Shown here piece by piece: positions 16,989 through 26,000 of a DNA stretch of 32,000 nucleotides. Position numbers and translations under genes: made by a program. Origin of the DNA: Saccharolobus solfataricus. Lineage in GTDB: Archaea; Thermoproteota; Thermoprotei_A; Sulfolobales; Sulfolobaceae. The DNA lies in assembly GCF_900079115.1 (NCBI RefSeq), contig NZ_LT549890.1, positions 1,110,001 through 1,142,000 on the forward strand. Direction: 5' to 3'. Below the pieces are notes generated by a model. The model was not told the DNA's origin, made no database searches, and saw only the letters and a program-made list of their open reading frames with translations. Within the stretch, counting starts at the first letter, position 1, and every line of letters begins with the position of its first letter.

Positions 16989-17796
16989 GATTTTAGTGTC
17001 AATATTCACTTTAATATTCTTTTTAGCTCTCTACATGATTGGCCTCACAATAACCACAGCTCCTATATATAAACCCTTTGAGAAACCTAGTATACGCCAT
17101 CCACTTGGTACAGATAATGCTGGTAGAGATCTACTAGCTTACTTGTTAAGAAGTGCTGGAACAGCCCTTCAGTTCGGTATATTAACTCCTGCGTTAAGTA
17201 TATCTATTGCAATTTTCGCACTCTTCAGTATATTTAATATTAAAGCCGAGAGAATTATGAATGACATAACGAACTTTTTCATAGCGATCCCTAAATATCC
17301 CTTATTTATAGTACTATCTTTTTTACTCCCACCTAATAACTGGATAGCTCTTATAGTACTTTCGTTACTTCTATGGTCTGCTCCTTTTAGAATATTAAGA
17401 CCTACCTTTAAGCAGCTCCTTGAAAGTGGATATGTAAAGTCCGCAACGATTCTGGGAGGGGGAAGTCTTTATATAATGAGGAGGTACCTATTAAGAAAAA
17501 CATCTCAACTGTTGGTCTCCCAATACGCATGGCTAGCCATAAGAGCAATAGGTATACAGGCTGGTTTAGCGTTTTTAGGTATTGGAGATGTCACGACGCC
17601 CAGTTGGGGATATATGATTAGAAATGCGTTCGACAATCCAATTGTCATTTATAATGGGGAATGGCTCTACTGGGTAATACCTCCTACTATTTGCTTAATC
17701 TTACTTGCCATAGCGTTTCTATTGATAGCGATTAGTTTTGAGGAGAGGAGATATAGGGCTACATATACATCTGAGATGCTTAGGATTTTTTGGTAG
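16951..17796 (+). CDS. ABC transporter permease (DppC/NikC-like)
   Basis: 281 aa. HPLGTDNAGRDLL is the typical N-terminal periplasmic motif of DppC/OppC-type permeases. The ATG at 16972 (MKLRGKIL) is a plausible alternative start. Confidence 0.8.
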   Translation: MIGGKIYMKLRGKILVSIFTLIFFLALYMIGLTITTAPIYKPFEKPSIRHPLGTDNAGRDLLAYLLRSAGTALQFGILTPALSISIAIFALFSIFNIKAERIMNDITNFFIAIPKYPLFIVLSFLLPPNNWIALIVLSLLLWSAPFRILRPTFKQLLESGYVKSATILGGGSLYIMRRYLLRKTSQLLVSQYAWLAIRAIGIQAGLAFLGIGDVTTPSWGYMIRNAFDNPIVIYNGEWLYWVIPPTICLILLAIAFLLIAISFEERRYRATYTSEMLRIFW

Positions 17797-17883
17797 TAGA
17801 TAGGGTGGTATAAATGTATCGAAATAAAAAAGGGAAAATTTGAAATAACAGAACAATCCATTATTAAGAGGTGGTAATATAAC

Positions 17884-18639
17884 ATGCCTATAGAGGTTAG
17901 GAGGCTTAGGATAGCCTATGGAGAATATGTTGCTGTCGAAGAGTTTAACATGAGATTAGAAAGGGGCTCAATAGTTGCACTAATAGGTCCCTCTGGAAGT
18001 GGTAAGTCAACAGTTGCTAAGGCGATCTTAAGGATTCTTCCTCCTATAGCTAAAGTCTCGGGGGAGGTTTATTTAGACAACCTTAACATATTATCGTTGC
18101 AAGACAAGAGTATGAGAGAACTTAGGTTAAAGAAGATCTCCTATATACCTCAAGGATCGTCTAAGGTATACTTAAATCCAATGTTAAAAATTTCAGATAC
18201 AATAAAGAAACTTTATAGAAATAGAAATATGGGATTTGAAGAGAATAAGATTAGAGAGTTGCTCCTAATGGTAGATTTAGAGCCTAGAATATTAGAAAGA
18301 TATCCATATATGCTCTCGGGAGGACAACTCCAACGAGTCTTAATTGCAATATCACTACTATTTAATCCAGAATACATTATAGCTGATGAACCTACGGCTT
18401 CTCTTGATGTAATAACTCAGAGGTCTATTGCGCATATTTTCAAGGAGATGGTAAAGTCAAAGGAATTAGGCATGCTACTGATAACTCATGATTTAATGTT
18501 TGCTAAATTAGTAGCGGACTATGCTATAATTCTCTATAAAGGGAAAGTCATAGAGTATGGTAAGATGCAAGAGCTAATTAAAATGCCTAAGAGTAATATT
18601 ACTAAAAATCTTGTGGAGGGAAGCATGACGGTTGAATGA
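17884..18639 (+). CDS. ABC transporter ATP-binding protein (DppD/NikD-like)
   Basis: 251 aa. Walker A GPSGSGKST, signature LSGGQLQRV, Walker B IIADEPTASLD. A GAGGTGG Shine-Dalgarno-like element lies upstream. Confidence 0.9.
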   Translation: MPIEVRRLRIAYGEYVAVEEFNMRLERGSIVALIGPSGSGKSTVAKAILRILPPIAKVSGEVYLDNLNILSLQDKSMRELRLKKISYIPQGSSKVYLNPMLKISDTIKKLYRNRNMGFEENKIRELLLMVDLEPRILERYPYMLSGGQLQRVLIAISLLFNPEYIIADEPTASLDVITQRSIAHIFKEMVKSKELGMLLITHDLMFAKLVADYAIILYKGKVIEYGKMQELIKMPKSNITKNLVEGSMTVE

Positions 18640-19378
18640 GCCTTTAATTAAGTTAAAGGACGTGAGTGTAGTATACCATACCACATCTGGAGAGATTAGA
18701 GCTTTAGATAATGTGAACTTTAGTATAGATGAAAAAGAAGCTGTAGGAATTTTAGGAAGATCGGGTAGTGGTAAGTCAACATTAGCAAAGGTCATTGGGA
18801 GAGTTGTAAAACCTACTATGGGCTACGTAATGTTCAGAGGTAAAGATGTCTGGAAACTTAGAGGTCAAGAGTTTAAGGAGCTTAGAAGATCCGTGCAATT
18901 AGTACTACAAGACCCATATGATACTATAGATCCAGAATTTGAGACAATTGAAGCAATCATGGAAGGTGTTAAGATAAATCATATTAACAAAGATCCGAAG
19001 GAGGTCAAGTGGATTCTCGATCTCCTAGACATAAATCAAGTATTAAATAGAAAGGTTTGGCAACTCTCAGGAGGCGAGAGACAAAGAGTTGTTATTGCAA
19101 GAGCTCTCATGTTAAATCCAAGAATATTGATTTTAGATGAGCCTACCTCTATGGTAGATAGCATTCATAGAAAGGAGATAATTACAGCTATATGCAGAAT
19201 TAAAGAAAGCCTTAAGATATCACTTGTCATTATTACTCATAACATAAAGGATCTCATATGCGTGGATGAGATAGCAATAATGAAAGAGGGTAAGTTTGTA
19301 GCCAAAGGGAGTCTTATAGAACTTAGAGATTTAGATGACGAATATGTAGCCAACCTTATGGAGGGATTAAAAATTTGA
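18632..19378 (+). CDS. ABC transporter ATP-binding protein (DppF/NikE-like)
   Basis: 248 aa. Walker A GRSGSGKST, signature LSGGERQRV, Walker B ILILDEPTSMVD. Overlaps the previous gene by 8 nt. Confidence 0.9.
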   Translation: MNEPLIKLKDVSVVYHTTSGEIRALDNVNFSIDEKEAVGILGRSGSGKSTLAKVIGRVVKPTMGYVMFRGKDVWKLRGQEFKELRRSVQLVLQDPYDTIDPEFETIEAIMEGVKINHINKDPKEVKWILDLLDINQVLNRKVWQLSGGERQRVVIARALMLNPRILILDEPTSMVDSIHRKEIITAICRIKESLKISLVIITHNIKDLICVDEIAIMKEGKFVAKGSLIELRDLDDEYVANLMEGLKI

Positions 19379-19665
19379 GCTAAATGAACTGAGTATTTTA
19401 GCGGATATTTAACTCAACTATTTCCCATTAGAAAATATGATAACTATTGCTTAATTTAAAATAAATCAATTGGATAGTACAGATTACTTATGTAAAAATC
19501 TGTTAAATAATATCAAATTATACAAATTAAATCGTATATATGATATTATTTATGATAATCTTATATAAGATGTTAAGATAATTTTAATGGATGATGATAT
19601 CAAATATTTGTATTAAGTTAAAACAAGTATCTCGTCTTGCCTTTACTTAGATTTACTTTTTTCTA

Positions 19666-21525
19666 TTAAACCATTAATACATAGGCTTTAAGTAGATATG
19701 ATTCATTATAATCCTTTTCTTTATATTTAATTAATAAATTCCTTAACAAATTACTTTTACTTCTGTTAATCTCTACATCAACTAGCTTCTCCTTTACTTC
19801 ACTATCACTAATCTTTTTAATCAAATAAAGCATACCAATACGGCTTAAAGAAAGCATTGTATTATGAATCAGTTCTATTTCATTATCGGATACTTTTTCT
19901 AGTGAGCTAAATATCTCATGAAATTCTTGGCCCCAATAATCCACTACTACTTTTTTAAACGTTGTGATGATGTCCTTTGAATTAATTAAGGTAAAGCAAG
20001 CCACTTGGTCATCTACTTCTACAAGCTCTCTACATAAATTAGCTGCTTGGTCTCGAGAAACTTTCCCTTCAACTAGTCTATGTATTACTTGAAATGATCT
20101 AGGAAGGGAAATAGAAAGAAAGTCAATCAACTCTTCCATGTTTACTTTATTGAAGATATTACCAGGCGTAAAAAGATGTGCTATATCTACTAATTCCTCC
20201 ATATCACATTTAACATCTTCACCATAATATCTTTTTGATAAGTATATTATGCTTAAAATTCTAAATAGAGTATCAAGAGGAATTTTATCAATATTCTCTA
20301 TAACTTCAGCAAGTAATTGACATGAGTAACCAGTTATTTTATCAGTTAGAATCTCTAATCTTAACTTCCACAATTTTAACGATAATTCCTCACTATACGC
20401 ATTTATACTTCTAAAGAATTCGATCGCCTTGCTAATATACTCTAAGGCTACATTAAATTTCTCCTCATTGAGCGATATTAAAGCCTTAGTGTAGTTTATT
20501 AGTCCATTAGAATATATAACATAATATTGCAAATTACTGAAAAGTAACTCATTTATATCATTTAATTCACTTAGTTTTAACTCCCCTTCAATCTCACTTA
20601 ATATTTTAGCTGAATTACTAAAATCTTGCATGAAAGCTAGATAAAGTGCCACTCTGGGGAATATTAACAACTTTGCAATATTACAATATTCATCATTTTT
20701 TATCGAACATATAAGTTTAACCAAATTGTAAGCTTCAAATATTAAGGGATTCCCTAAATTAGATGCAGTTAGTGCTAAAATTACTCTGCTGTCTCGCCTT
20801 AATCTATAATTGAAATTAATTAAATTCCTAACTATTTCTACTAACTCTGATGTAGGGTGTTGTTGGCTCAGAAATAAAAGCAACGAGGGTAACCATCTTA
20901 AAGATTCCATATTATTAATTATTTCATTATATATTTTACTAATTAAATAATTTAATTTTTCTGGATTAAGATCTCCTTTAATTACATTACTTGTTAGTTC
21001 TCTTATCAAGTCTGGATCATATTTACTGCTAACTACTGCTTTCAATAATCTACTTGTTAGGCTATTATATTTTGGAGTTAAATCTCTCTTATTTATTATT
21101 GTATCTAATATCATATAATATATCGCATTATTTAAATAACTAGTTAGAAATTTACTAAAAAATTTTTCTATATCTATTACCGAGAGAATTTTATCTATTA
21201 TTTCATTAAATTTTATATTGTATTTTTTCATTGTACTATATATAGTTGTATTGGATATGAGGTATTTTTTATCATTTAGAAGTCTATCAATATAATATGA
21301 AGATATAAACTCGATTAGTTTTTCTCTTGGTAAAGTAGGTAGTTCTCTTCTTGTTAGGATAATTATATAAGAATTCGATAGTTTACATATTTTCCTAAGA
21401 ATGCTTATAGTCTTCTCATCTAATTCAAAATTCAGAATTAATAAGGAGTTTTTTGGAACTATATTAGGTATGGAAGATAAACTGTAGACTTTTTCAATTT
21501 GTTTTCTACTAATTAATTCCTCCAA
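19666..21525 (-). CDS. Large all-helical orphan protein (ORF continues upstream through an in-frame TGA to ATG 21738)
   Basis: 619 aa from a TTG start, very AT-rich, with TPR-like helical repeats (e.g. YTKALISLNEEKFNVALEYISKAIEFFRS) and no NTPase motifs. See the finding on the TGA at 21595-21597. Confidence 0.6.
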   Translation of the reverse strand: MEELISRKQIEKVYSLSSIPNIVPKNSLLILNFELDEKTISILRKICKLSNSYIIILTRRELPTLPREKLIEFISSYYIDRLLNDKKYLISNTTIYSTMKKYNIKFNEIIDKILSVIDIEKFFSKFLTSYLNNAIYYMILDTIINKRDLTPKYNSLTSRLLKAVVSSKYDPDLIRELTSNVIKGDLNPEKLNYLISKIYNEIINNMESLRWLPSLLLFLSQQHPTSELVEIVRNLINFNYRLRRDSRVILALTASNLGNPLIFEAYNLVKLICSIKNDEYCNIAKLLIFPRVALYLAFMQDFSNSAKILSEIEGELKLSELNDINELLFSNLQYYVIYSNGLINYTKALISLNEEKFNVALEYISKAIEFFRSINAYSEELSLKLWKLRLEILTDKITGYSCQLLAEVIENIDKIPLDTLFRILSIIYLSKRYYGEDVKCDMEELVDIAHLFTPGNIFNKVNMEELIDFLSISLPRSFQVIHRLVEGKVSRDQAANLCRELVEVDDQVACFTLINSKDIITTFKKVVVDYWGQEFHEIFSSLEKVSDNEIELIHNTMLSLSRIGMLYLIKKISDSEVKEKLVDVEINRSKSNLLRNLLIKYKEKDYNESYLLKAYVLMV

Positions 21526-21779
21526 AACACTTTCATCCTTAATACTAATAATCCTCTCTTCCTCCAGTTTATCGATTAAATCATCTATAAATTCTCACCT
21601 AATTCCTTTATTTTTACAACATGTATTTTTAACTAGGTTCTCTCCATATTTAATACTCACCCATTCTAGTACGGGAATGAGAGAATCTCTAAATTTCTTT
21701 CCTTCTGGTACTTTGTTGATTCGTTCAATTTGTCTCATTAAAACGATATTGTATAACACTAATTTTTTCAGTAATTAAT

Positions 21780-22720
21780 ATTTATTTCAACGTTCTTCTC
21801 AAGCTTACACCCTAATGCCCGGAGCCCTACCGACTACAGAATTCGCCAAGTTAACCATCCACGCGTAAGCCCAGAACTTGAGCTTAGCCTCAACTACTTG
21901 CCCAGCAAAACTTGTCTAACCGATTCCCCAAAAGTACGCTTCACCGCAGAGAACAAGGACTCGACCCGCCACCTAACGCCATAACCCTTCTCCTCCCTCC
22001 AACGATCATAACCCAACTTCCTAAACTCCCGCACAGCCTTACGTCTAGCAGGATGGCCGCGTTTAGTAGAAGCGTTCTTCTTGGGAGGAACTACAACCTC
22101 AACTCCGGTCTTGTAAACCTCATTGGCGTCATATGCCTTATCTCCATAAAACTTCTTTCCCTTATCTTGAAGATCCTTAACTGTTTTTACAGCACTTTCA
22201 ACCTCGTTGCTAGTGACCTCAGCGTTTACCACGTTGAATTCGTTATTGTCCATTACTATCTCGATCTTGAGGAATTTTGAATCCCTAGTCTTACCCCACT
22301 TGGCAACAATGTATTGTCCTCCCGTGTTTGATGCCGGTAGCGTCTGCAATTACTTCAAGTTCGTCACTTGTCTCGGGGAAGGTTATGTTCATGTTCCTCA
22401 CTCTCTCCCATATTGTTCGAGGCTTGTGGGGATGATCTTCAATTGTTCTAAGGCTCTTAATACTCCTTCTATTGCAAGGTAGGAAGATGTGTAAGAATGC
22501 TAGGAATTCGTTGAACTCCTTCGGAGCTTTATACTTTGTCCTAGCGTTACTGTTCTCCTCTGCTAATAAGTCCCACCAATGTTCGAATACGTAGAAGGGG
22601 GAACATCAACTTATATCTAGTTATGACGTTCTCGTCGTACTTGCTCCAGTCCCTCTTGTACTTACTCTTTCCCATAGGTAATACTTAACGAATAATCTAT
22701 AAACTTTTTGTACAATTCTG
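21780..22720 (-). mobile_element. Degenerate IS5-family element (ISC1058-like); ends approximate
   Basis: Transposase-coding sequence spans 21805-22675 but is broken into at least four frame segments. No IRs identified by eye. Confidence 0.55.
21805..22675 (-). pseudogene. IS5-family transposase pseudogene (multiple frameshifts)
   Basis: ATG at 22673-22675 (MGKSKYKRDWSKYDENVITRYKLMFP..), with a shift at the C5 run (plus-strand G5 22597-22601). The middle ORF 21894..22349 carries GDKAYD and YGVRWRVESLFSAVKRTFGE. The C-terminal QVVEAKLKFWAYAWMVNLANSVVGRAPGIRV lies in yet another frame and ends at 21805-21807. Confidence 0.8.
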
Positions 22721-22807
22721 AAGCAATCCACAAAGCAGTCAAAAAGCATATACTTATAACCCTCTAAGTAAAATAGAAGGAGGTTGTTATAAACTTTTCA
22801 TATCCCA

Positions 22808-23296
22808 TTACTTATTGAGAGTATTGACGCACCTCTCCTTAATCTCCTCAATTATATCCATAACGTTAAAATCAGCATCAATTCCCAGCTTCTTCAAAAA
22901 GGCTTTAAATTCTGGAATTAACTTTTCGATCCTAAGTAAGCAGTCTTTCGATAAACCGTATCCTATCTGGATTTCTTCTGGCTTACATACTATAATATAA
23001 AACTGTTTATCTTCATACAATTTTAGAATAGTATTAAGTCCTAACTCATGTAATGACTGTTCGAGTATCCCCTTACTTGTTGATGTTATCTTGAAAATTC
23101 CGTATTCTTCGTTAATGTTAGCCACATCTATGATTATTACAGTATCGTATTTGTCTAAATCAACACTTAATAAGTTACCTAAACCTAAGTCAACAACTAC
23201 AGCATTCTTAACCTTGTTTATTATAACCTCAGCTAAACATGAACCAAAGCCGTCATCTTTCATAAGCCTATTTCCAACACCTATAATTGCCTTCAT
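22808..23296 (-). CDS. [NiFe]-hydrogenase maturation endopeptidase (HyaD/HoxM/HycI family)
   Basis: 162 aa. The N-terminal IIGVGNRLMKDDGFG is the family signature (GxGNxxxxDDGxG), with a later SLHELGL histidine block. Confidence 0.85.
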   Translation of the reverse strand: MKAIIGVGNRLMKDDGFGSCLAEVIINKVKNAVVVDLGLGNLLSVDLDKYDTVIIIDVANINEEYGIFKITSTSKGILEQSLHELGLNTILKLYEDKQFYIIVCKPEEIQIGYGLSKDCLLRIEKLIPEFKAFLKKLGIDADFNVMDIIEEIKERCVNTLNK

Positions 23297-23594
23297 AATA
23301 ATTTCACTATATTGTTAGAGGAAGTAATTATATGTACTGCACATACCTAACATGGGTCAAAACTTCTAATAATACGAAGTGTATCTAATCCTTTAATTTT
23401 CTTACTTTCCTCAGTAATCCTTTGCCGTTTATCCATCTTCATAACTGGTATTATAATTGTGGGATTCCAGTAAACCATAAGTTATAAAATCAACGTCTAT
23501 ATCCTTGATAAACCCCTTATAGGATTCACTTAGCTCCAACGCAACGTAAAAACAATTTCTCTAAATCACTCTTAACCTCCTTAAGGCCATCCTA

Positions 23595-24071
23595 AATTTC
23601 TTTGGCTATTGCATTGCGATCCCTAACTTCAATTCCACCAAATCTTAATGATAATGAACGAAGACACCTTAACCATATTAAGGTGAATAACTCCCTAAAT
23701 TTTGTTGAAAGTTTTAATGCGATCTTGTATATCTCACATTTATAGTACAAATTGTCCATTAAATCCGAAACCTTAACGTAACTGTGGACGCCCCTAAACG
23801 TGCTATAAGTATTTAAAACCTTAAGAAACTGTGATGGGGTTAGGAGTGCAATAAACGGTGATGATAAATTTATATTCTTAAATAAAAATCCGATTGCTAT
23901 ATTATTATATGTAACGTCAACTAATGAATATGCAACGTTTCAGAAATCTATAGTTCCTGCCGTTGGATAGATTTCAGTGGTCATCTCTATGGCTTCTATA
24001 GACACGAGAGAGTGGATAGCTCCATAAACTCTACAAATCTTGTAGTTGAGTTTGGCGTTAAGTTTAATCGT
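23595..24071 (-). pseudogene. Possible decayed gene of unknown function
   Basis: One minus-strand frame stays open for 159 codons apart from a single TGA at 23940-23942, and has no plausible ATG near its 5' end. Further downstream, coding-like stretches continue in another frame with stops. No intact ORF over 66 aa occurs in the roughly 1 kb gap. Confidence 0.25.
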
Positions 24072-24291
24072 TTATTCTTAAGTAAAATTTCGAAACCCTT
24101 AAATATCCTAATTTTTATTTTTATATCCCAATAATCTATAATAAAATTATAATTACAAGGCATTTTCATACATGATTCATTAGTTGTGAAGTACATTTAA
24201 TTCTTGAAAGCTAATTTAAATGATATATGATCATATACTACCTATAGCATAAGCATAATTATAAGGATAAAGAGAAGAGACATGTGAAAGT

Positions 24292-24906
24292 ATGATATCA
24301 GAGTACGTGGATGAGGAGATAAAAAGGAGAGAGGATTATAGTCTAAGAAGACTAAAGGGTATACCTAATGATAGAAGGCTATGGATATTGACTTGCATGG
24401 ACGAGCGAGTTCACGTGGAGGAAGCTTTAGGGATTAGGCCGGAGGATGCCCACATTTACAGAAATGCTGGAGGTATAGTAACTGATGATGCGATCAGATC
24501 AGCTAGTTTGACCACGAATTTCTTCGGTACTAAGGAAATTATAGTTATCACCCATACCGACTGTGGAATGATAAGATTTACTGGAGACGAGGTTGCCAAA
24601 TATTTCCTAGACAAAGGTGTAAAGGTTAATGAATTACAAATAGATCCTCTATTGCCATCATTAAGACTTCAAAGTACAGAGGATTTCACCAAATGGTTCA
24701 AGTTCTTTAGAGACTTAGGCGCAAATAGTCCAGATGATATAGCATTAAAGAATGCTGAGATACTCAAAAATCACCCATTAATACCAAAAAATGTAACAAT
24801 TAGCGCATACGTATATGAAGTTGAAACTCATAAATTGAGAAAACCTCATCAAAGACTTTATGAATTAACATCAAGATTTGAACATGGAACTGTAGTTAAG
24901 GAATAA
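24292..24906 (+). CDS. Beta-class carbonic anhydrase
   Basis: 204 aa. Zinc-ligand motifs CMDERV and HTDCGM at the usual spacing, and IYRNAGG. Confidence 0.85.
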   Translation: MISEYVDEEIKRREDYSLRRLKGIPNDRRLWILTCMDERVHVEEALGIRPEDAHIYRNAGGIVTDDAIRSASLTTNFFGTKEIIVITHTDCGMIRFTGDEVAKYFLDKGVKVNELQIDPLLPSLRLQSTEDFTKWFKFFRDLGANSPDDIALKNAEILKNHPLIPKNVTISAYVYEVETHKLRKPHQRLYELTSRFEHGTVVKE

Positions 24907-24908
24907 GA

Positions 24909-24916
24909 TTTTTTTT
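24909..24916. terminator. T8 run between convergent genes (archaeal-type intrinsic terminator candidate)
   Basis: TTTTTTTT immediately follows the carbonic anhydrase stop codon. On the other strand an A-run follows the 24924 stop. Confidence 0.35.
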
Positions 24917-24923
24917 AAAAATT

Positions 24924-25685
24924 TTATATATTTAAATCATCGTAAAAGATTTCTGAATTTCCACAGCTACATCTAGATCCATTAACTATATTTTTACACA
25001 AAGTACATCTAGGTATAATGTTCTCCTCCTCAGTCATTATCTTAATTGAACTCTTAATTAACTCACTCCACTCTTTTTCAAACTCCTTTAGATTATAGTG
25101 AGAGTAAACGCTATCAGGGGTCTCCTCTCCTAAAATCGTTACTGCGTATATGGCAGCGGTAAATGCAAGCTTCTCCCAATCTTTTGTCTTTAAAATGGAA
25201 AGTTCTCTAATTTTTTCAACACATCTTAACCATAAAATTTTAGAGTATAGTAATGGCAAAGAATAGATTCTTATACGCTTAACCTCTTCCATTAAATCAT
25301 ATTTTATTAGCTTTAATGTAGAGAAATTTTCCTCAGGAATTTTTGCATAAGATTTTAAAGAGACTATTAACATTAAAACACCTAGTGTTTTGAATACGAC
25401 TCTAATATCATCATGAAGATTTATTATATTTAGTATGGCCTCTGCATTTTTCCTTTTCAAAACTCTTCTTATATATTTCTCATTATCTAAAATCTCTCCT
25501 TGATAATAATACCATTTATATAATCCCTTAACCACATTATAATAACTCTCAATATTCTCAGTAATTACTATTTTATTCTCTATAATCTCTTTAATTAATC
25601 TATTAGGTTTTTTAGTGAGAAAATTAGCTAACTCCTCAACATATTTATAGGTTTTTGGACTAAGCCAAATGGAAACAGAAGGCAT
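24924..25685 (-). CDS. Hypothetical protein with C-terminal zinc ribbon
   Basis: 253 aa, AT-rich. C-terminal CTLCKNIVNGSRCSCGN. The N-terminal VSIWLSPKTYKYVEELANFL is faintly ribbon-helix-helix-like. Confidence 0.55.
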   Translation of the reverse strand: MPSVSIWLSPKTYKYVEELANFLTKKPNRLIKEIIENKIVITENIESYYNVVKGLYKWYYYQGEILDNEKYIRRVLKRKNAEAILNIINLHDDIRVVFKTLGVLMLIVSLKSYAKIPEENFSTLKLIKYDLMEEVKRIRIYSLPLLYSKILWLRCVEKIRELSILKTKDWEKLAFTAAIYAVTILGEETPDSVYSHYNLKEFEKEWSELIKSSIKIMTEEENIIPRCTLCKNIVNGSRCSCGNSEIFYDDLNI

Positions 25686-26000
25686 TTAGTATTATATAGT
25701 TCTAAAAACTTTAATCTTTGCTTTAAACGCAAGAATATCTTAACTCATATAAATAAAAATATATCAATTCCTAATTCATTAGCCCTAAATAGAAGCAGTA
25801 TGTTAAATTACTTCATTACTAATGTAACTTTACTTCCTTATATAAAACATATTAGCCAAGTGTATATTAGTCAGACTTAACTAGGGTATAGGTAGTTGAC
25901 CTCATTGAGCGTAAAGCTTGACAATGAGCTGGACTTCCAATTCGTACTGGAAGTTGGGCTTGAAATCAGAACAAGGATGAGCATATTCGGGGTTTAGGCT

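Noticed and set aside
19589-19598. GGATGATGAT, a C-box-like motif suggesting a C/D-box sRNA in the 19379-19665 intergenic region
   Set aside because: No CTGA D box occurs in the following roughly 70 nt on that strand, and there is no terminal stem.
21595-21597. In-frame TGA of the 690-codon orphan considered as selenocysteine or programmed readthrough
   Set aside because: I know of no selenoprotein machinery in Sulfolobales, I see no SECIS-like element, and the context is not a redox motif. A nonsense mutation is the more economical reading.
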